From NCBI RefSeq assembly GCF_001194135.2, contig NC_068987.1, forward strand, positions 40,778,178 through 40,823,153: a stretch of 44,976 nt of DNA, given 5' to 3'. The notes beneath the pieces were generated by a model. It ran no database searches and was not told the origin of the DNA. It was given only the letters and a program-made list of their open reading frames with translations. Both the position numbers and the translations under genes were made by a program. Below, one piece after another: positions 24,481 to 37,800 of the stretch. How positions within the stretch are numbered: position 1 is the stretch's first letter; every line of letters starts with the position of its first letter. The stretch comes from Octopus bimaculoides (lineage: Eukaryota).

Positions 24481-24673
24481 GAAGTGAGCTAGAGCATTAA
24501 AACTTAGTGAGCATGCACAGTAGAGTTCAAGGTCAGTCTTTACAAAGTAGCTTTACTCTGTGTGCTTTAACTTCATTACTATGGCAACAATCCAGATACT
24601 TATTCATCAGACCAAGTATGTATGTATGTATGTATATATATGTATGTGTAAATATATGTGTGTCTGTGTGTAT

Positions 24674-24727
<54 letters not shown>

Positions 24728-25129
24728 GTGTGTGTGTGTGTGTGTTTAGTTGTTTTGACTGAAGTTGTTCTTGAAGATATGCTGGTTCTCGAAAACATAT
24801 ATGGAAAAATAAAAATCAAGTCAAGTCATTTTACTCGACTTTACATCAGTCTTAAAAGCACAAAATGATGTTACAATAAATAAGAATAAAAGTATATAAA
24901 ATCATATTAAAATACACTAAATGTTAAAATACACACCATAAAGTAGTGAAGCCTAGTTCACTAAAGCATGAAATCTTATTTATCTGTCTTTTGGAGCTCA
25001 TATTGCACTGGTAGTTCCAATATCTACCATTAGGCATTGTCGTGGTTTCTGCGATTGTCTTGAATTCAGATTTGTTTACATCTGTTTATCGTTTATATTC
25101 TCTCATTTACATTCATTTGTAACTTTAAT

Positions 25130-25520
25130 TTTTGCCCCCCTGCCTCCTCAAAAAAGTCCTGGTGAAAGTGTTGAGGATAAGTTGGCAATGTTAAAACATC
25201 ATGATAAAAGTGAAAATGTTGTAGCGATTGCACGATCTTTTGGCGTGAGTTGGACAACTGTATCGAGGATTGTGCAAGATTTTAACACTTATCACATCTG
25301 AAGCCCCAGGGATGAAGAACACTGTTATCAACAAGAAAAAAGGCAAAATCTTTCAAGAAATGGAAAGTCTTCTATCTATTTGGATTGATAGGCAGAATCG
25401 TCAGAATGCTACTCTTAATCAAGAAATCATTCAAGAGAAAGTGTTGAGGACCTGAAGAAAAATATCCAGATGAGAAAGATGTAGAGTTCAAGGCAAGTCA
25501 AGGATGAAGTGATAATATGT
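25130..25520 (+). mobile_element. Tigger/pogo (CENP-B HTH) transposase remnant
   Basis: EDKLAMLK...VVAIARSFGVSWTTVSRI; EMESLLSIWIDRQN...LNQEIIQEK. Confidence 0.75.
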
Positions 25521-26408
25521 TGTCAACTTAATATGATAGTCCCATTAAAAAGGAACAATGCTACTGTTATTTAGCCCTAGGAAACACCGTTTCCTGTTGG
25601 ACTTGACACATTTCCTGTGTCCTTATGTTTTCAAAGTAGAGATAAGCACCTCCACCCAGCAAAGCCAGCATCCAGAGACTAGTTTCAGAATCATTGCTCA
25701 TTATCAGTTTGGAGTAGCATGTCCTGCTAGCTTTATTCTTTATTACAAGCACATTGGCTCTTACAAAGAAGGGATGAACAAAGACAGACAACACAATACA
25801 GTGAGGTACATAAAACATAAATCAAATGAAATTATGAATATAATGATATAATGAAAAATGAAATGTCTTACCTGCGCCCCACACGCAGGCAGTGTCATTT
25901 AACTGTTTATGTAACACATTATTCACGAACAGTTCATTGTTCTTCTTTACAATGTGTATTTTTTTTAAAAAAACATTATTGTAAGTTATAAAAATTTCAC
26001 TTACTTTCAATTTACTATGTACTCTATTATGTTGTCAAATGGCACCACTGGTGGTAGTTTGTCGCATCAAACCAGCAACTCTGCTATTACAATTTGTTCA
26101 CCAAATAATTCTTTTAATCTTTCTCCTTTCTCTCTCTCTAACAAAACTGCCTAGTTTATCCTCATTCCCCGATAATTTTACTCTGATTACATTTTTCATT
26201 TTAGTGATCTGTTTCCCTATTTCTATCGTCCTCACATTTTTTTCCTTTCAGTACTCCTTCCCGGTTTCCATCTCTATTCTCTCCTGATGTTCCTGGTTTT
26301 TGTGTCTTAACCATTTCTATCTCTTTCTTACTCTTTATTGTTGCTTCCTTTCCTTTCTGCATACTTGTTTTTTCTTCTGTAATTTTCTGTTTTGTTATTT
26401 CTGTTCTT

Positions 26409-27327
26409 TCAATTTATATCTCCTCTATGTTGTTTTTTCTCTTTTTTTTGCAGGCTTTTTGGTAATGAATATGCATTTTCATCTCTTTTCTTCTTTCTTT
26501 TTCCAACTGAGTATTTTCCTTCTACATTTTCCATCTCTTCACTTACTTGGCTTTGTGCTACCACTCCTTGTTCCACCTCCTCCTCCTCCTGTTCTCCTTC
26601 TTGTTTCTGGGGACACCTTGCTTTCATGTGTCCCCATACTCCACAGTGGTAGCAGATGGGAGGTCTTCCTTCCACTACCACTCTTAGTTTAACATCCTCT
26701 GGCAGCATAATTTCATCTGCAATTTTATACAGGTCCAGTAAACTGATTTGGACCATCACCTCGAGGCCATATCCAAACCAGTTTACTTCTGTTGTCCTCA
26801 TGACCTTCAGCACATTGGTCTCCTCCTCTGTGTTGAAGAGGATGGCTGCCACCAGCCACACTTCATCATTTTCTGGGGGCACTCTGCCAATCCTAACTCT
26901 CGCTGCATGTTTGCCACAGTAGGTTGGCAGTAGTGTCCACTCTTCCGACCTCAAAGGCACCGTGGAGCACTTTATTGCGTCCTGTTTGGTTGCAAACTGT
27001 ACCTCCACTGTGCCATACTTCTTGCCTCTGGTGTAGAATGTTGTTAGGTGTTTAATGTTCTTAAGACATTCTTCCATTGCTTCAACAGTCGCTATTTCCA
27101 CCCTTTTACTTAAGTTTGAAAGCATTCTATACACTACAGTTTTTAGCTGTTTCCTCTATTACTTCTTTTGGCAGAGTCAGTCTCAGGCTGTTTCCTTCCT
27201 TAACTATGAGTTCATTAGACTTTTTCAATCTCTCTTCGTCGAACTTCACTTCTTTCACTTGTAAAACGTCGTTATTCAAACTCCTTCCTGTTGTTGCAGC
27301 ATAGCTGACAGCTGGTTGGGTCTCCAT
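26409..27327 (-). mobile_element. Tx1/L1-clade ORF1 (gag-like, CCHC zinc knuckle) with one frameshift
   Basis: VSYAA start; LRVVVEGRPPICYHCGVWGHMKARC (CX2CX4HX4C). Removing one A from the A5 run near 27140 joins ORFs 27127-27327 and 26409-27134. Confidence 0.82.
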
Positions 27328-27749
27328 TACTTCATTGCTTCACACTTGTCACAAATGACAAGAAAATTTCCAGAAAATATATTCGTAAAAATCAGTTCAC
27401 AATAAAATTAACAGAAATTTCTCCACCCCGCAGGGTGAAAATTACTGTTTTTCAAAGGACAACAGTTCAATTTCAATTAAAGTATTTCACTTCAAAATAA
27501 CATAAATTTACAATAAACAAAACAGGAAATGAACTCACATACCGCAGGTAACAAACTGAAGACAACAACGTGTCACAGATGAAAAGGGCATGGCCTTGCT
27601 AGCTGGATTTTTTATTATGATTATGGAATCATTACATAGATGAGACATTACAGGACAACACAATTACAAAAAGGTTGATATGAGTTCTAATGAAGCTTTA
27701 AAAATTTAGATATAAATTTATATAATTTAATAGACTTTAAACTATACTC

Positions 27750-28100
27750 TTTTTTTTTAAATAAAAAGCATGAAACAAACTCTGAATGCATGTCCAGCAG
27801 CCTGTAAGGCCCAGCAACTATGTTTTCTTTCTTCATCAATCATTAAGCTGGGTTACTGACACCCACCTTTCTCATCACATCCTTCCAACGTTTCACATAT
27901 ACTCTCTGTGGCAGGATCTTCTTCTCCAATCCCATCTTGCTCTTCAGATGATACCTGAAGTAGGTTATCAAACCGGGGCCAGAGATGAAAGACCCTGTCA
28001 TGATTCCTTCCATTCTCGTATGCCACACACATTCTTTCAATACTGCAACTGTGCAGTGAAACCGTGCAGTATACATAGATAATTCGATATAAGGTGTTCC
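27750..28100 (-). mobile_element. Tx1/L1 ORF2 3' end
   Basis: VLKECVWHTRMEG..FISGPGLITYFRYHLKSKM..E.KIL...KRW is homologous to 38449 and 44369. A-run at about 27750. Confidence 0.7.
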
Positions 28101-28533
28101 ATTTTGCATGTCTTTTATCCGATTTTTATTATTATACACTCAGCAATTTTTAAAAAGTTGTTTGTGTATATACATCAGGACCTAGATATGTTTTTATGTG
28201 GATGTCTGTATTGTAGGCATGCATATGTATTTGTATGTGTGCATCTGTGTATATGTGTAAGTAAGAGTGTATGTTTATACTTGTGCACATACATACATGG
28301 ATGTATATGTATGCATGTATACACTTATACAGAATGTAACATAGTATAGATATTATAGAATATAAAGCTTTATAACACCAGAATAGAAGAGGATCAGGGC
28401 TGACCTATGGTTAAACAACAATAACAATCCAACACAGTGAAGAAGTTTATTTGAAAGGTAATTCACGTAATTGTTTTTTGTGAAAATTATTTTCTTTTAA
28501 AGAAAAAATGGACACGGATATGTAATTAATTAA

Positions 28534-28719
28534 GGAGAGATTTGGCTGTTATTTCTAACAGGTCGGATGACCATGTAGAGGTTCAATCTGTTGGCACCAC
28601 TGTGCAACACAGGTCCTTCATTCTTTAAATCATTTAAAATAAAATACAAAATTCAACAGCGGTACTCAGACCTCTACATGGTAGATAGACCTGGTAGAAA
28701 TAGCAGCCAAATCTCCCTC
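28534..28719. mobile_element. MITE-like element with about 30-bp terminal inverted repeats
   Basis: gagatttggctgttatttctaacaggtc / gacctggtagaaatagcagccaaatctc. Solo ends recur near 12650, 37605 and 41995. Confidence 0.65.
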
Positions 28720-29644
28720 AAAAAACCCTACTGTATTAATGCGAGATTTTTTACGATAGTTGATGTATGGAAAAGATTATGTTGAATGTTTGAAATGCAA
28801 ATCTGTAAATAGAAAAGAAATTCAGACCTCTGGGCTGACCTATGGTTAAACAACAATAACAATCCAACACAGTGAAGAAGTTTATTTGAAAGGAAATTCA
28901 CATAATACTTTTTTGCGAAAATTATTTTCTTTTAAAGAAGAAATAGACACGTACCTATGTGGCTGAGCGCTATTGTATTAGACGTGTGGTTTGCATTTAT
29001 CTCTCGAGTCAAATTGTATCAGTGAAGTTCTTTTGAAGTTGCATGAGACAAAAGAATTGATGTGCGTGTGTGTGTTTGATGCGGTGTGAAAGACAGAATG
29101 TGTGATTATATGTATATATGTATGAATGGCTTCAGTGACACACACTCACATACACACACGCACGCGAGTTGTTTTAATTGATTTTCTCTGTAAGTATGGG
29201 GGCTAGGAAAAAATAGAAAGCGCATTCCAATCTATGCACCCGTCTCCACATGCGTGCCATTTTTCACGCAAATCCACCCAGCCGTTTGGCCGTGAACCTC
29301 AAGACAAGAAAGAATACAATGGTTGGCCATAGATTATAGTTGATCTAGTATGGGTATATACTGTTGTAAAATATTTATGTAATGCAGCGTGAAAATTTTA
29401 ATTTTAATTTTAGTGTATTAATTGATTTATATTTCCTATATAATTATTTACAATATGTATTTTGAATCCACTTTTTGATTTAAGGTTTTCTTCGATTTTA
29501 CAAAAGGATGAATTTATATTGAATTCATTTATTTTGTTCATTGCATGCTTAAGACCGTTAATTGAAAGGACCAATGACACGAATCCATATTTGAAGGTGT
29601 ATCCTTTAACTAGTTTTGATTATATCGTTATTTCTGTTCCATTT

Positions 29645-29699
29645 TAACAAAACTGTCTGACGATCAGGAACGTGAAACTCTGAGTAACAGCTTTTGTTA
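29645..29699 (+). ncRNA. Type I hammerhead candidate with damaged stem II
   Basis: 12-bp stem I with one bulge, CUGACGA, GAAA, ACUC-U-GAGU, GUA. Position 10.1/11.1 is U-U. Confidence 0.55.
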
Positions 29700-29854
29700 T
29701 ATTTCTGCTGCACGTTAACTCGGTATATCAACCTGTAAATCGGCTGGGATATCTTGTTTTTTAGTGTAATTTTGCTACCCCTGGTAACTATTAACGTATT
29801 CAAATTATCGAAAGTTTCAATAACTGAGATAATATTAATACACATAAAATAATA

Positions 29855-29898
<44 letters not shown>

Positions 29899-30357
29899 GT
29901 GGAAGTCACCTTTGTGTGTGGGGGTATCAGTTTGTCTATATCCCTGTAACTTAGTGGTTCAGCAAAGAGAGACTGATAGCAAGCTTAAAATGGGGTCAAT
30001 TTGTTCTACTAAACCCTTCAAGATAGTGCCCTAGTGTGGCCTTAGTCCAATGACTGAAACAAGTAAAACTAAAAAAACATGTATATGTTAATCATATATC
30101 ATTTATAAAGAGAACACTACAGTGTTTATACAGCTACACTATCAACAATATTAACTGATGAAAATGAAACAAACTTATTAGAATATATCACAATACATAA
30201 ACTAATATTGTGGCCATAATCATAGAAGTGCTACTAGTTATTTAGAAAGCTCTCAGAACACATTAGAGTTAAAAAGAAACTAAAAAAAATACTTCTTCTA
30301 ATTAACTAATTAACAGAATATATAACATAAAATATCAATAAAACAGTTCTGACATAC

Positions 30358-30487
30358 TTTTCTATCTTCTGAAGAGAGCTGGTTCTTCAACATATCTGGA
30401 TTATTGAATGTCCATTCCCAGGACTGACAGGTAAAATATGTCAGTATGCCCAATGTTCGGTGCAGCCGGTTGTAAATTTTTACCATT
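30358..30487 (-). CDS. FAR1: FAR exon, MVKIYNRLHRTLGILTYFTCQSWEWTFNNPDMLKNQLSSEDRK
   Basis: 130 bp, ctgtag acceptor and gtatgt donor. Matches FAR RLHKAM..LEYFTSNSWVW...L.PEDKK. Confidence 0.95.
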
Positions 30488-31799
30488 CTACAGAGAAATG
30501 AAGAAAAACAAATTAGAATATTTATGAAATTGTCAACAAATATTCAAAAAGTCTTAACTGATACATTAGTTATGTATTCCAGAGATCAGAATGTTCTGGT
30601 TCCCAAAGTTTTATTTTTCAGTGTTTAGCACTATCAACATGATATTTGACTCCTCTCACCATTCAAGTCTCATTCGTTACATCAAAAGATGGTTAGATGT
30701 GCTACTGGATAGAGGCAAATCAAAGAAGACAAGAGAAAAGATGGTGAGATCAGATCTTAGCTGTAGAGTGTTATAGATAAGTCAAAGCTGTAATGAAATG
30801 AATGGTACACACAAAAATATGCCATTATGAACCTATCCATCACAGAAAAGTAGACATTAAAATAGTTAAAGTGATGATGTCTGGTGTTTTATCCTGTGTA
30901 CTATGCATGTACTTTAGGAACCATTGCTATCTTTCTCGACTTATTACTGCTTTCTGCCCTCTCTTTTACCCTTTCCCAATGAGTCATAATGAACCTAAGC
31001 ATTATATACAACATATTCATTACTATTACTAGCAGAAAGGTTGCCTTCTGGGCTGTTTTCTGTTAGTTGCATAATTTTTCTTGTATAGTTGAGTAATTTT
31101 TCTGGTATATTACATGAAATCTCCCTTTATATCATCTAATAGTACTCACTCCCCCAGTAAATTTAGGGTGTAACAACAGAAGTGTGTCCTCTGAATTTGT
31201 TTTCTCATAACTTTCTGCAAAATGGATATTTATAAATGAAAGTTTCTACAACTACATTTCGGATGGTGTAGATTACAATCATATTGGAATTTGTTGTGAA
31301 AAACTTTCTCTTTGGGAGAGGAATTTGTTTCTTCATAGCTTTCAGAAGAATAGATATTTTTTAATGAAATTTTCAACAAATAACTTCCAGATAGTTGAGA
31401 TAAGGTTTATATACAGGAATTTAATGTGGAAAAAAGNNNNNNNNNNTGTGTGTGGGAGTGAGAGAGAGATTTCAGGCATCTCAGCTTTGCTTTTCTGACA
31501 AACTTTGATGATTTAATTACAATTGTATTGCAAAAACAAAAAAAAAAAACATTACTTTTGGGACTCGTGTGATTTCCAGCTGCTTTTACCACACTTAATG
31601 ACCACATACAAGATGAACCACCTTTCAGTTTGTTTAAAAGAGAGAGATTAAGATTGCAACAAAATAATGAAAAACATATGTATTCAATAATTAGTGTTAG
31701 CATTGTACTCTCATTTCTACAAAGATTTCTTTCAGAAACTTTTAGGGCAAGGGCGGAGTAGTTCTCAAAAGTAATTTTTTTAAACATAACTGTAATTAA

Positions 31800-33190
31800 A
31801 TTCATCATCATCATCAATGTTTAACATCCGCTTCCCATGCTGGCATGGGTTGGACGGTTTGAATGAGGGCTGGGGAACCAGATCTGGCAAAATTTCTACA
31901 GCTGAATGCCTTTCCTAAAGCCAACTACTCTGAGAGTGTAGTGGGTGTAATTACGTGCCACCGGCACAAGGGCCAGTTACGCGGTACTGGCATTGGCCAC
32001 ATTCAAATGGTGCTTTCTATGTGCCACCTGCACAGGAGCCAGTCTGGCGGCACTGGCAACAACCACACTCGAATGATGCTTATTTTTACGTGCCACTGGC
32101 ATGGGAGCCAGTCAGCAGCCCTGGCAACGATCATGCTTGAATGGTGCTTTTAATGTTCCACTAGCATGGGTGCCAATCAGGCGGTACTGTCATCAGCTAT
32201 GACAGCAATTTCACTTGCCTCAACAGGTCTTTGCAAATATAGTTCATTGTCCAACGATTGAAGGGTACGCTTAAATGGGCTAGTTATACAGCACTGACAT
32301 AGGCCACGGTTATGGTTTCACTTGGCTTGCTGGGTCTTCTCCAGCACAGCATATTTCGAAAGGTCTTGGTCACTTGTCATTGCCTCAATGAGGCCCAATG
32401 TTCGAAGGTTGTGCTTCACCACCTCATCCCAGGTCTTCCTGGGTCTACCTCTTCCGCAGGTTCTCTCAACTGCTAGGGTGTGACACTTTCACACAGCTGT
32501 CCTCATCCATTCGCAACACATGACCATACCAGCACAGTCATCTCTCTTGCACACCACATCTGATGCTTCTTAAGTCCAACTTTTCTCTCAGGGTGCTTAC
32601 ACTCTGATGCGTATGCACACTGACATTACACATCCAGTGGAGCATACTGGCTTCGTTCCTTGCAAGCTTATGCATGTCCTCAGCAGTCACGGCCCATGTT
32701 TCACTGCCATGTAACATAGCTGTTCGCACACATGCGTCATACAGTCTACCTTTTACTCTGAGTGAGAGACCCTTTGTCACCAGCAGAGGTAGGAGCTCTC
32801 TGAACTTTGCCCAGGCTATTCTTACTCTAGCAGCTACACTTTCAGTGTTTATTGCTCCTCAGCATTTGCCACACACAAAAACTATCTTCCCAGTTAGCCT
32901 TCCTTTGATATTACTGAACCTCTTATGTATCCATAGCATACCCTGGGTACATCTTACGGAGTCTCGACTTACGGCTTTTCTACAGATCGAGCAGGGCCAT
33001 CTACCTGAAGGGATTTGTGGTTTGTCTGCCTTCCTACTTATTAAGACTTTGGTTTTTGCTAGGTTGACTCTAAGGCCCTTCGGTTTTAATCCTTGCTTCC
33101 ACACCTGAAACTTCTCTAGTTCTGATAGTGACTCAGCATTCAAATTATATTGAGATACATGAAATATCCCCCTCCCCATGCTTTTCACAC
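31800..33190 (-). mobile_element. RTE-clade LINE 3' end (RT C-terminus, repetitive 3' UTR, (gat)n tail)
   Basis: LRVNLAKTKVL, KGRLYDACVRTAMLHGSETWAV, WYGHVLRMDED, GRGRPRKTW. Confidence 0.92.
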
Positions 33191-35394
33191 TAAACTCATA
33201 TATAATCAGAATTTACACCATCTGAAAAGTATTTGTCATTTATCTTTTACTTCTTTCAGGTATTTGATTGTGGTATTCCTGGGGCACCACCTTGAAGAAT
33301 TTTAGTCAAATGAATTGACCCCAGTATTATCTTTTAAAGTACTGGTACTTAATTTATTGCTCTCTTTTGCCAAACAGCTAAGTTATGGAAACATAAACAC
33401 ACCAACACTGGTTGTCATGTGGTGGTGGGAAACAAACAGACACAAAGACACACACACACAACCAGCTTCTTTCAGTTTCCAAATTGACTCACAAGGTTTT
33501 GGTTGGCCCAAGGCTATAGTAGAAAACATTTGCCCAAGATGCCATGTAGTAGAATTGAATCCAGAACAAACTTCTTACTACACAGCCATGCCTACATCGA
33601 AGAAAATTTCATTAAAAGATGCCCATTTTCCTAAACATTGTGAGGAAAGAAAGTCAAGGAGGCATGTGAAGTATCTGAAACTCCCCTCCTGCCATCTCTG
33701 AAAATGCTTTTCATAACAAATTCTGCTATAATTATAATCTAAACAATCTGAAGGATATTTATAGAAAATTTCATGAAATAATATCCATCTTTCTGAAATT
33801 TAAAGGAAACAAAATTAGTAGGGAGAGGGATACTTGTGTACATATGTCCAAATAACATAAGCAAGTTAGAATCACTAATTTCTAATTCTTCAACAACACC
33901 CAACAAATATGAAAAGCCAGTGGAATCAATAGAATTTGGTTGATGCTGGATTAAACTTATAATTTGTAGAAAGTAGCATTGCAAATATTTGGGCAGCCTT
34001 TATATTTCCAGGAGTATAAACAGATATTAAAAAAATACTGCCCTGCAGTGAATTAAAATGTCATATTTAATAAAATTAATCTTGTGAGTGAAGTATGTAC
34101 TTCAAATATTCCATAATAAAAGAAACATAAAAACCACATTTTGATAAAAAATATATCAAGACAGATTTTATAAAAAAATTTCCAGACTTTAATAATTGCT
34201 TTTTAGTAAAAGTTACATAATCCAAACTATTTAATAAGTAGCTTTCTTTATTGTAGTATAGATAAGCTAATGTTGACTTGGAAAGATTGAAATCCAAAAA
34301 GATGAGGTACAAAGCTACATGCTACCAAGTCCTTGGTCTAGCTCTATGACTTTTGGAAATTGTACCACCATTTTGGGAATTAAGCGAAGTGCAAACTCCA
34401 AAATCACAAGAGACAAAATTAAAAATGTCCCATGGGCTGTAAAGTTGATGAAATATTTCAATTAAGAAATTGGTTTAAATTAGTCCAATGTAATATTTTC
34501 AACTTATCCAGATATTTTCACTTCAATTGAATTGAAATTTTTACTTTTATCAGAGACATGTCTATAAAACATGTCTCAAAACCCACTTCTGAAATTCAAT
34601 TGCATTTTTTTTTTTTTTTTTTGGCAAACTAATTAAACATTGACCAAAATGAATATAATCAAATAAAAAGCAAACTAAAAAACCAATAAGATAAAAATGT
34701 GAAAAAAGTGGCATGACGGACAGAATATGAAACATGGAGTTTTTTGTTAGAATAAGATGGGCCTCAGCTTTAAATAGTAAACACTGCCATTCTAGACAGT
34801 AACTTAATATACGTAGCATACCTAACATACATAACATATCCCACATACCTAACATGTTAACATACATGAGATATGTAACATACATGGTATATGTAAAAAG
34901 CTAACATATGATATAGGTAACATATGTAACATACATAAAATACATAACAAATTAAACACATTAAAAATATATAACATATGCAACATACCTAATATACTAT
35001 CTAACATGTAACATATCTACCATGTGTAACATGACATAACTAACATAAATAACATAGCTGACACATGTAACATAACTAACATATGCAACATACCTAACAT
35101 ACCTAATATAAGCAACATACCTAACATAAGACATATTTTACATATATCTAACATATATAATATACCCATATATATTACATAACTAACATCTAGCATACAT
35201 AACATATTGCACATATATAACATACCAGACATAGATAATATAACTAACTTATCTAACATATGTAATATACCTAACATATCTGATATACTCAACACATCTA
35301 ACGTAACATACTTAACATACCTAATACACATTATGTATGTAATATACCTATCATTCATAACATACTTAACAAATGGAACACAACTAACATATAA

Positions 35395-35597
35395 TGTACC
35401 TTGCCAGCACTGGTGCCAAGGAAAAAGCACTCAGTCCACTTTGCAGGGTGGTTGGTGTTAGGAAGGGCACCCAACCATAAAAATCCTGCCAAAACAGACA
35501 GTGAAGCCTAATGCAGTCTTCTGCTTAGCCAGCCCCTGCCAAGCTGTCCAACCCATGCCAGCATGGAAAATGGACGTTAAATGATGATGATGATGAA
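35395..35597 (+). repeat. RTE-tail/SINE-like repeat inserted in the array
   Basis: aggaagggca..gtccaacccatgccagcatggaaaatggacgttaaatgatgatgatg. Confidence 0.75.
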
Positions 35598-35720
35598 ATA
35601 GTATATCTAACATACGCACAATACATAATGTACCTAACACATGTAACATATCGAACATATACAATACATAACATACCTAATATATGTAACATATCTGACA
35701 TATGTAACATACCTAACTTA

Positions 35721-36970
35721 CAAGGATTGGCTGAAAAGTTCATAAGCTGACCAAATACTCTTATGTAATGTAACCAAATGAGGTTTATTTTTCAACATAG
35801 ACCCCTTTGTGGCCCACAATCTTCTCCCATCTGTGTTACAGAGCTTGGATCCCATTGGTGAAGAACCTTTCATCCTGTTGGTCAAAAACGTCATCAACAG
35901 CAAATATGACGTCATTATCACTGCGATACTGGTTCCCAGCCAAGTGCTTTTTCATGCTAGAGAACAGATGATAGTTAGATGGGGCCAAATCAGGAGAATA
36001 AGGAGGGCAATCAACTAGTTCAAAGCTTTAATCGAGCACAGCAACCATTGAAACCAATGACTTGTGTGCTGGAGCATTGTCCAGATGAAACAAGACTCCT
36101 TTTGTCAGTTTTCCTGAGAGTTCCATCTTGATAGCCTTTCATAAATGTCTCAGCAAGTTGGCATAGTACTCTCCATTGATGGTGTGGCCCTTTTGAAGAT
36201 AATCATTAAACAATGCCTTTTGCATCCTAACAGAATTGACATCATCACCTTCCCTGCAGATGAAATGACTTTGGCCTTCTTTGGAGCAGGTGAGAAGGGG
36301 TGCTTCCACTGTATGAATTGTCTCTCTGTTTCTGGTTGAAAGTGATGAATTCAACACTCATCCTGACTCAAGAAACATTCAAGGAAACTAGCTGGATCTA
36401 CCCGAAACAATCTCAGATTTTCCTGTGGTGTGAGGATGTGGCAGAAACTGTTGTCATGCCAAGTTCATTGTGCAGAATATTCTCAACTCTCTCATGGGAT
36501 ATACTAATAGCATTAGTTATTTGATTTGTAGTCAATCACCTGTCATCCATCACCATGCGGTGAACATGATCATTGTTTTCCTCAGTGGTGACAATTTCAG
36601 GACATCTAGACCTTGGGTCATCTTCAAGAGTCTCTTTTCTCCTTCGAAATTCAGCTGCCCACTTTTGCATTGTTGATAAAACTGGAGTGTAATTGCCTAA
36701 TGTGGCAACCATATCAGCATGAATGTCCTAGGAGGTTAAACCCTTTTTCTGCAGGTACTTGATAACAGCACGATGCCAAATTTTGTCCATTTTTAAGAGA
36801 AGGCGCTACTAGTTACTTTTGATGTGTTCTTTGAACAGTCAGATGTCAGTTGACCTAGAAAGAGATAATGCAGTTATTAAAAAGAAGAGCTAAAATTAAA
36901 GCATGCAAGATTTCACAGCTCTAGCATCACTCCTTCATAGTCAGCCTCTGAACTTTTCAGCCCACCCTTA
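35721..36970 (-). mobile_element. Full-length decayed mariner with paired TIRs and TA target site
   Basis: TIRs caaggattggctgaaaagttcataagctgac / gtcagcctctgaacttttcagcccaccctta flanked by TA. ATG at 36790: MDKIWHRAVIKYLQKKG..KWAAEFRR..LEDDPRS. Internal stops. Confidence 0.92.
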
Positions 36971-37329
36971 TATATAACATATGTAATACACGTAACTTAT
37001 ATAATGTATGTAAAAATATATTTAACGTGTCTAACATATGTAACATACCTAACAAATATAGCATACTTAATACATGAAATTTAACTAACATCTAACATAC
37101 TTAACATATGCAAGATACCTAGCATATGTAACATCTAACACGTGTAACATACCTAACTTATCTTACATACCTAACGTACATAACATATCTAACATACTCA
37201 ACGTATGTAACATAACATGTAATAACATATCTAACATAAGTAACATATCTAAGATATCTAACATTTACTCTTTGACAGCAGACCACCACTCTACTCAAAT
37301 GTTATTGGTTATAAATTATATGTACATAC

Positions 37330-37419
37330 CTTGGTTTTTTACCCAAAAGGCTGTAGCCCAAATCTGTAAGGTAGGCAGGGATCATGTGACTGACAAATAC
37401 CCAATAGTCATGTAGAAAA
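37330..37419 (-). CDS. FAR1: FAR exon, FLHDYWVFVSHMIPAYLTDLGYSLLGKKP(R)
   Basis: 90 bp, gacag acceptor and gtatgt donor. Matches the FAR C-terminal domain YW..VSH..PA..YD. Confidence 0.94.
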
Positions 37420-37800
37420 CTGTCATTAAAAAAGAAAAAAAAATCACAAATATGCCATAGGTTAAAGGAAGAAAACATTTTATTTATGTTTGAAATGAAG
37501 GAATTTCTGAACAGTCAATTAAACACAAAAGTATTTAAATAATTTTTCTAGCACTTGCCATTACAATATATGATCTAATAACAGAGCTTCTACATGGTCT
37601 CTCAATTTGCTAGAAATAGCAGCAAAAGCTCCTTCAAATCATACCCTAGCATCTTAAGTAAAGAATAGAAAATCATAGGATTGCCACAATAGGAATGCTT
37701 TTGATGACAGATCTGCTAAATGAAGGGCTGACCATTAGTTAAATAATGTATGATAAACTTCTTAAGTTGAAAAATACCATAAATAGAAAATAATATTAAC

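Larger units (their letters stand above)
34800..37265 (+). repeat. Degenerate TAACAT-based (~9 bp) minisatellite interrupted by two insertions
   Basis: taacatacc/taacatatg units at 34800-35395, 35600-35718 and 36973-37265. Confidence 0.8.

Noticed and set aside
25560-25850. Possible piggyBac-like Cys-rich C-terminal remnant
   Set aside because: The Cys/His pattern could not be reconstructed convincingly.
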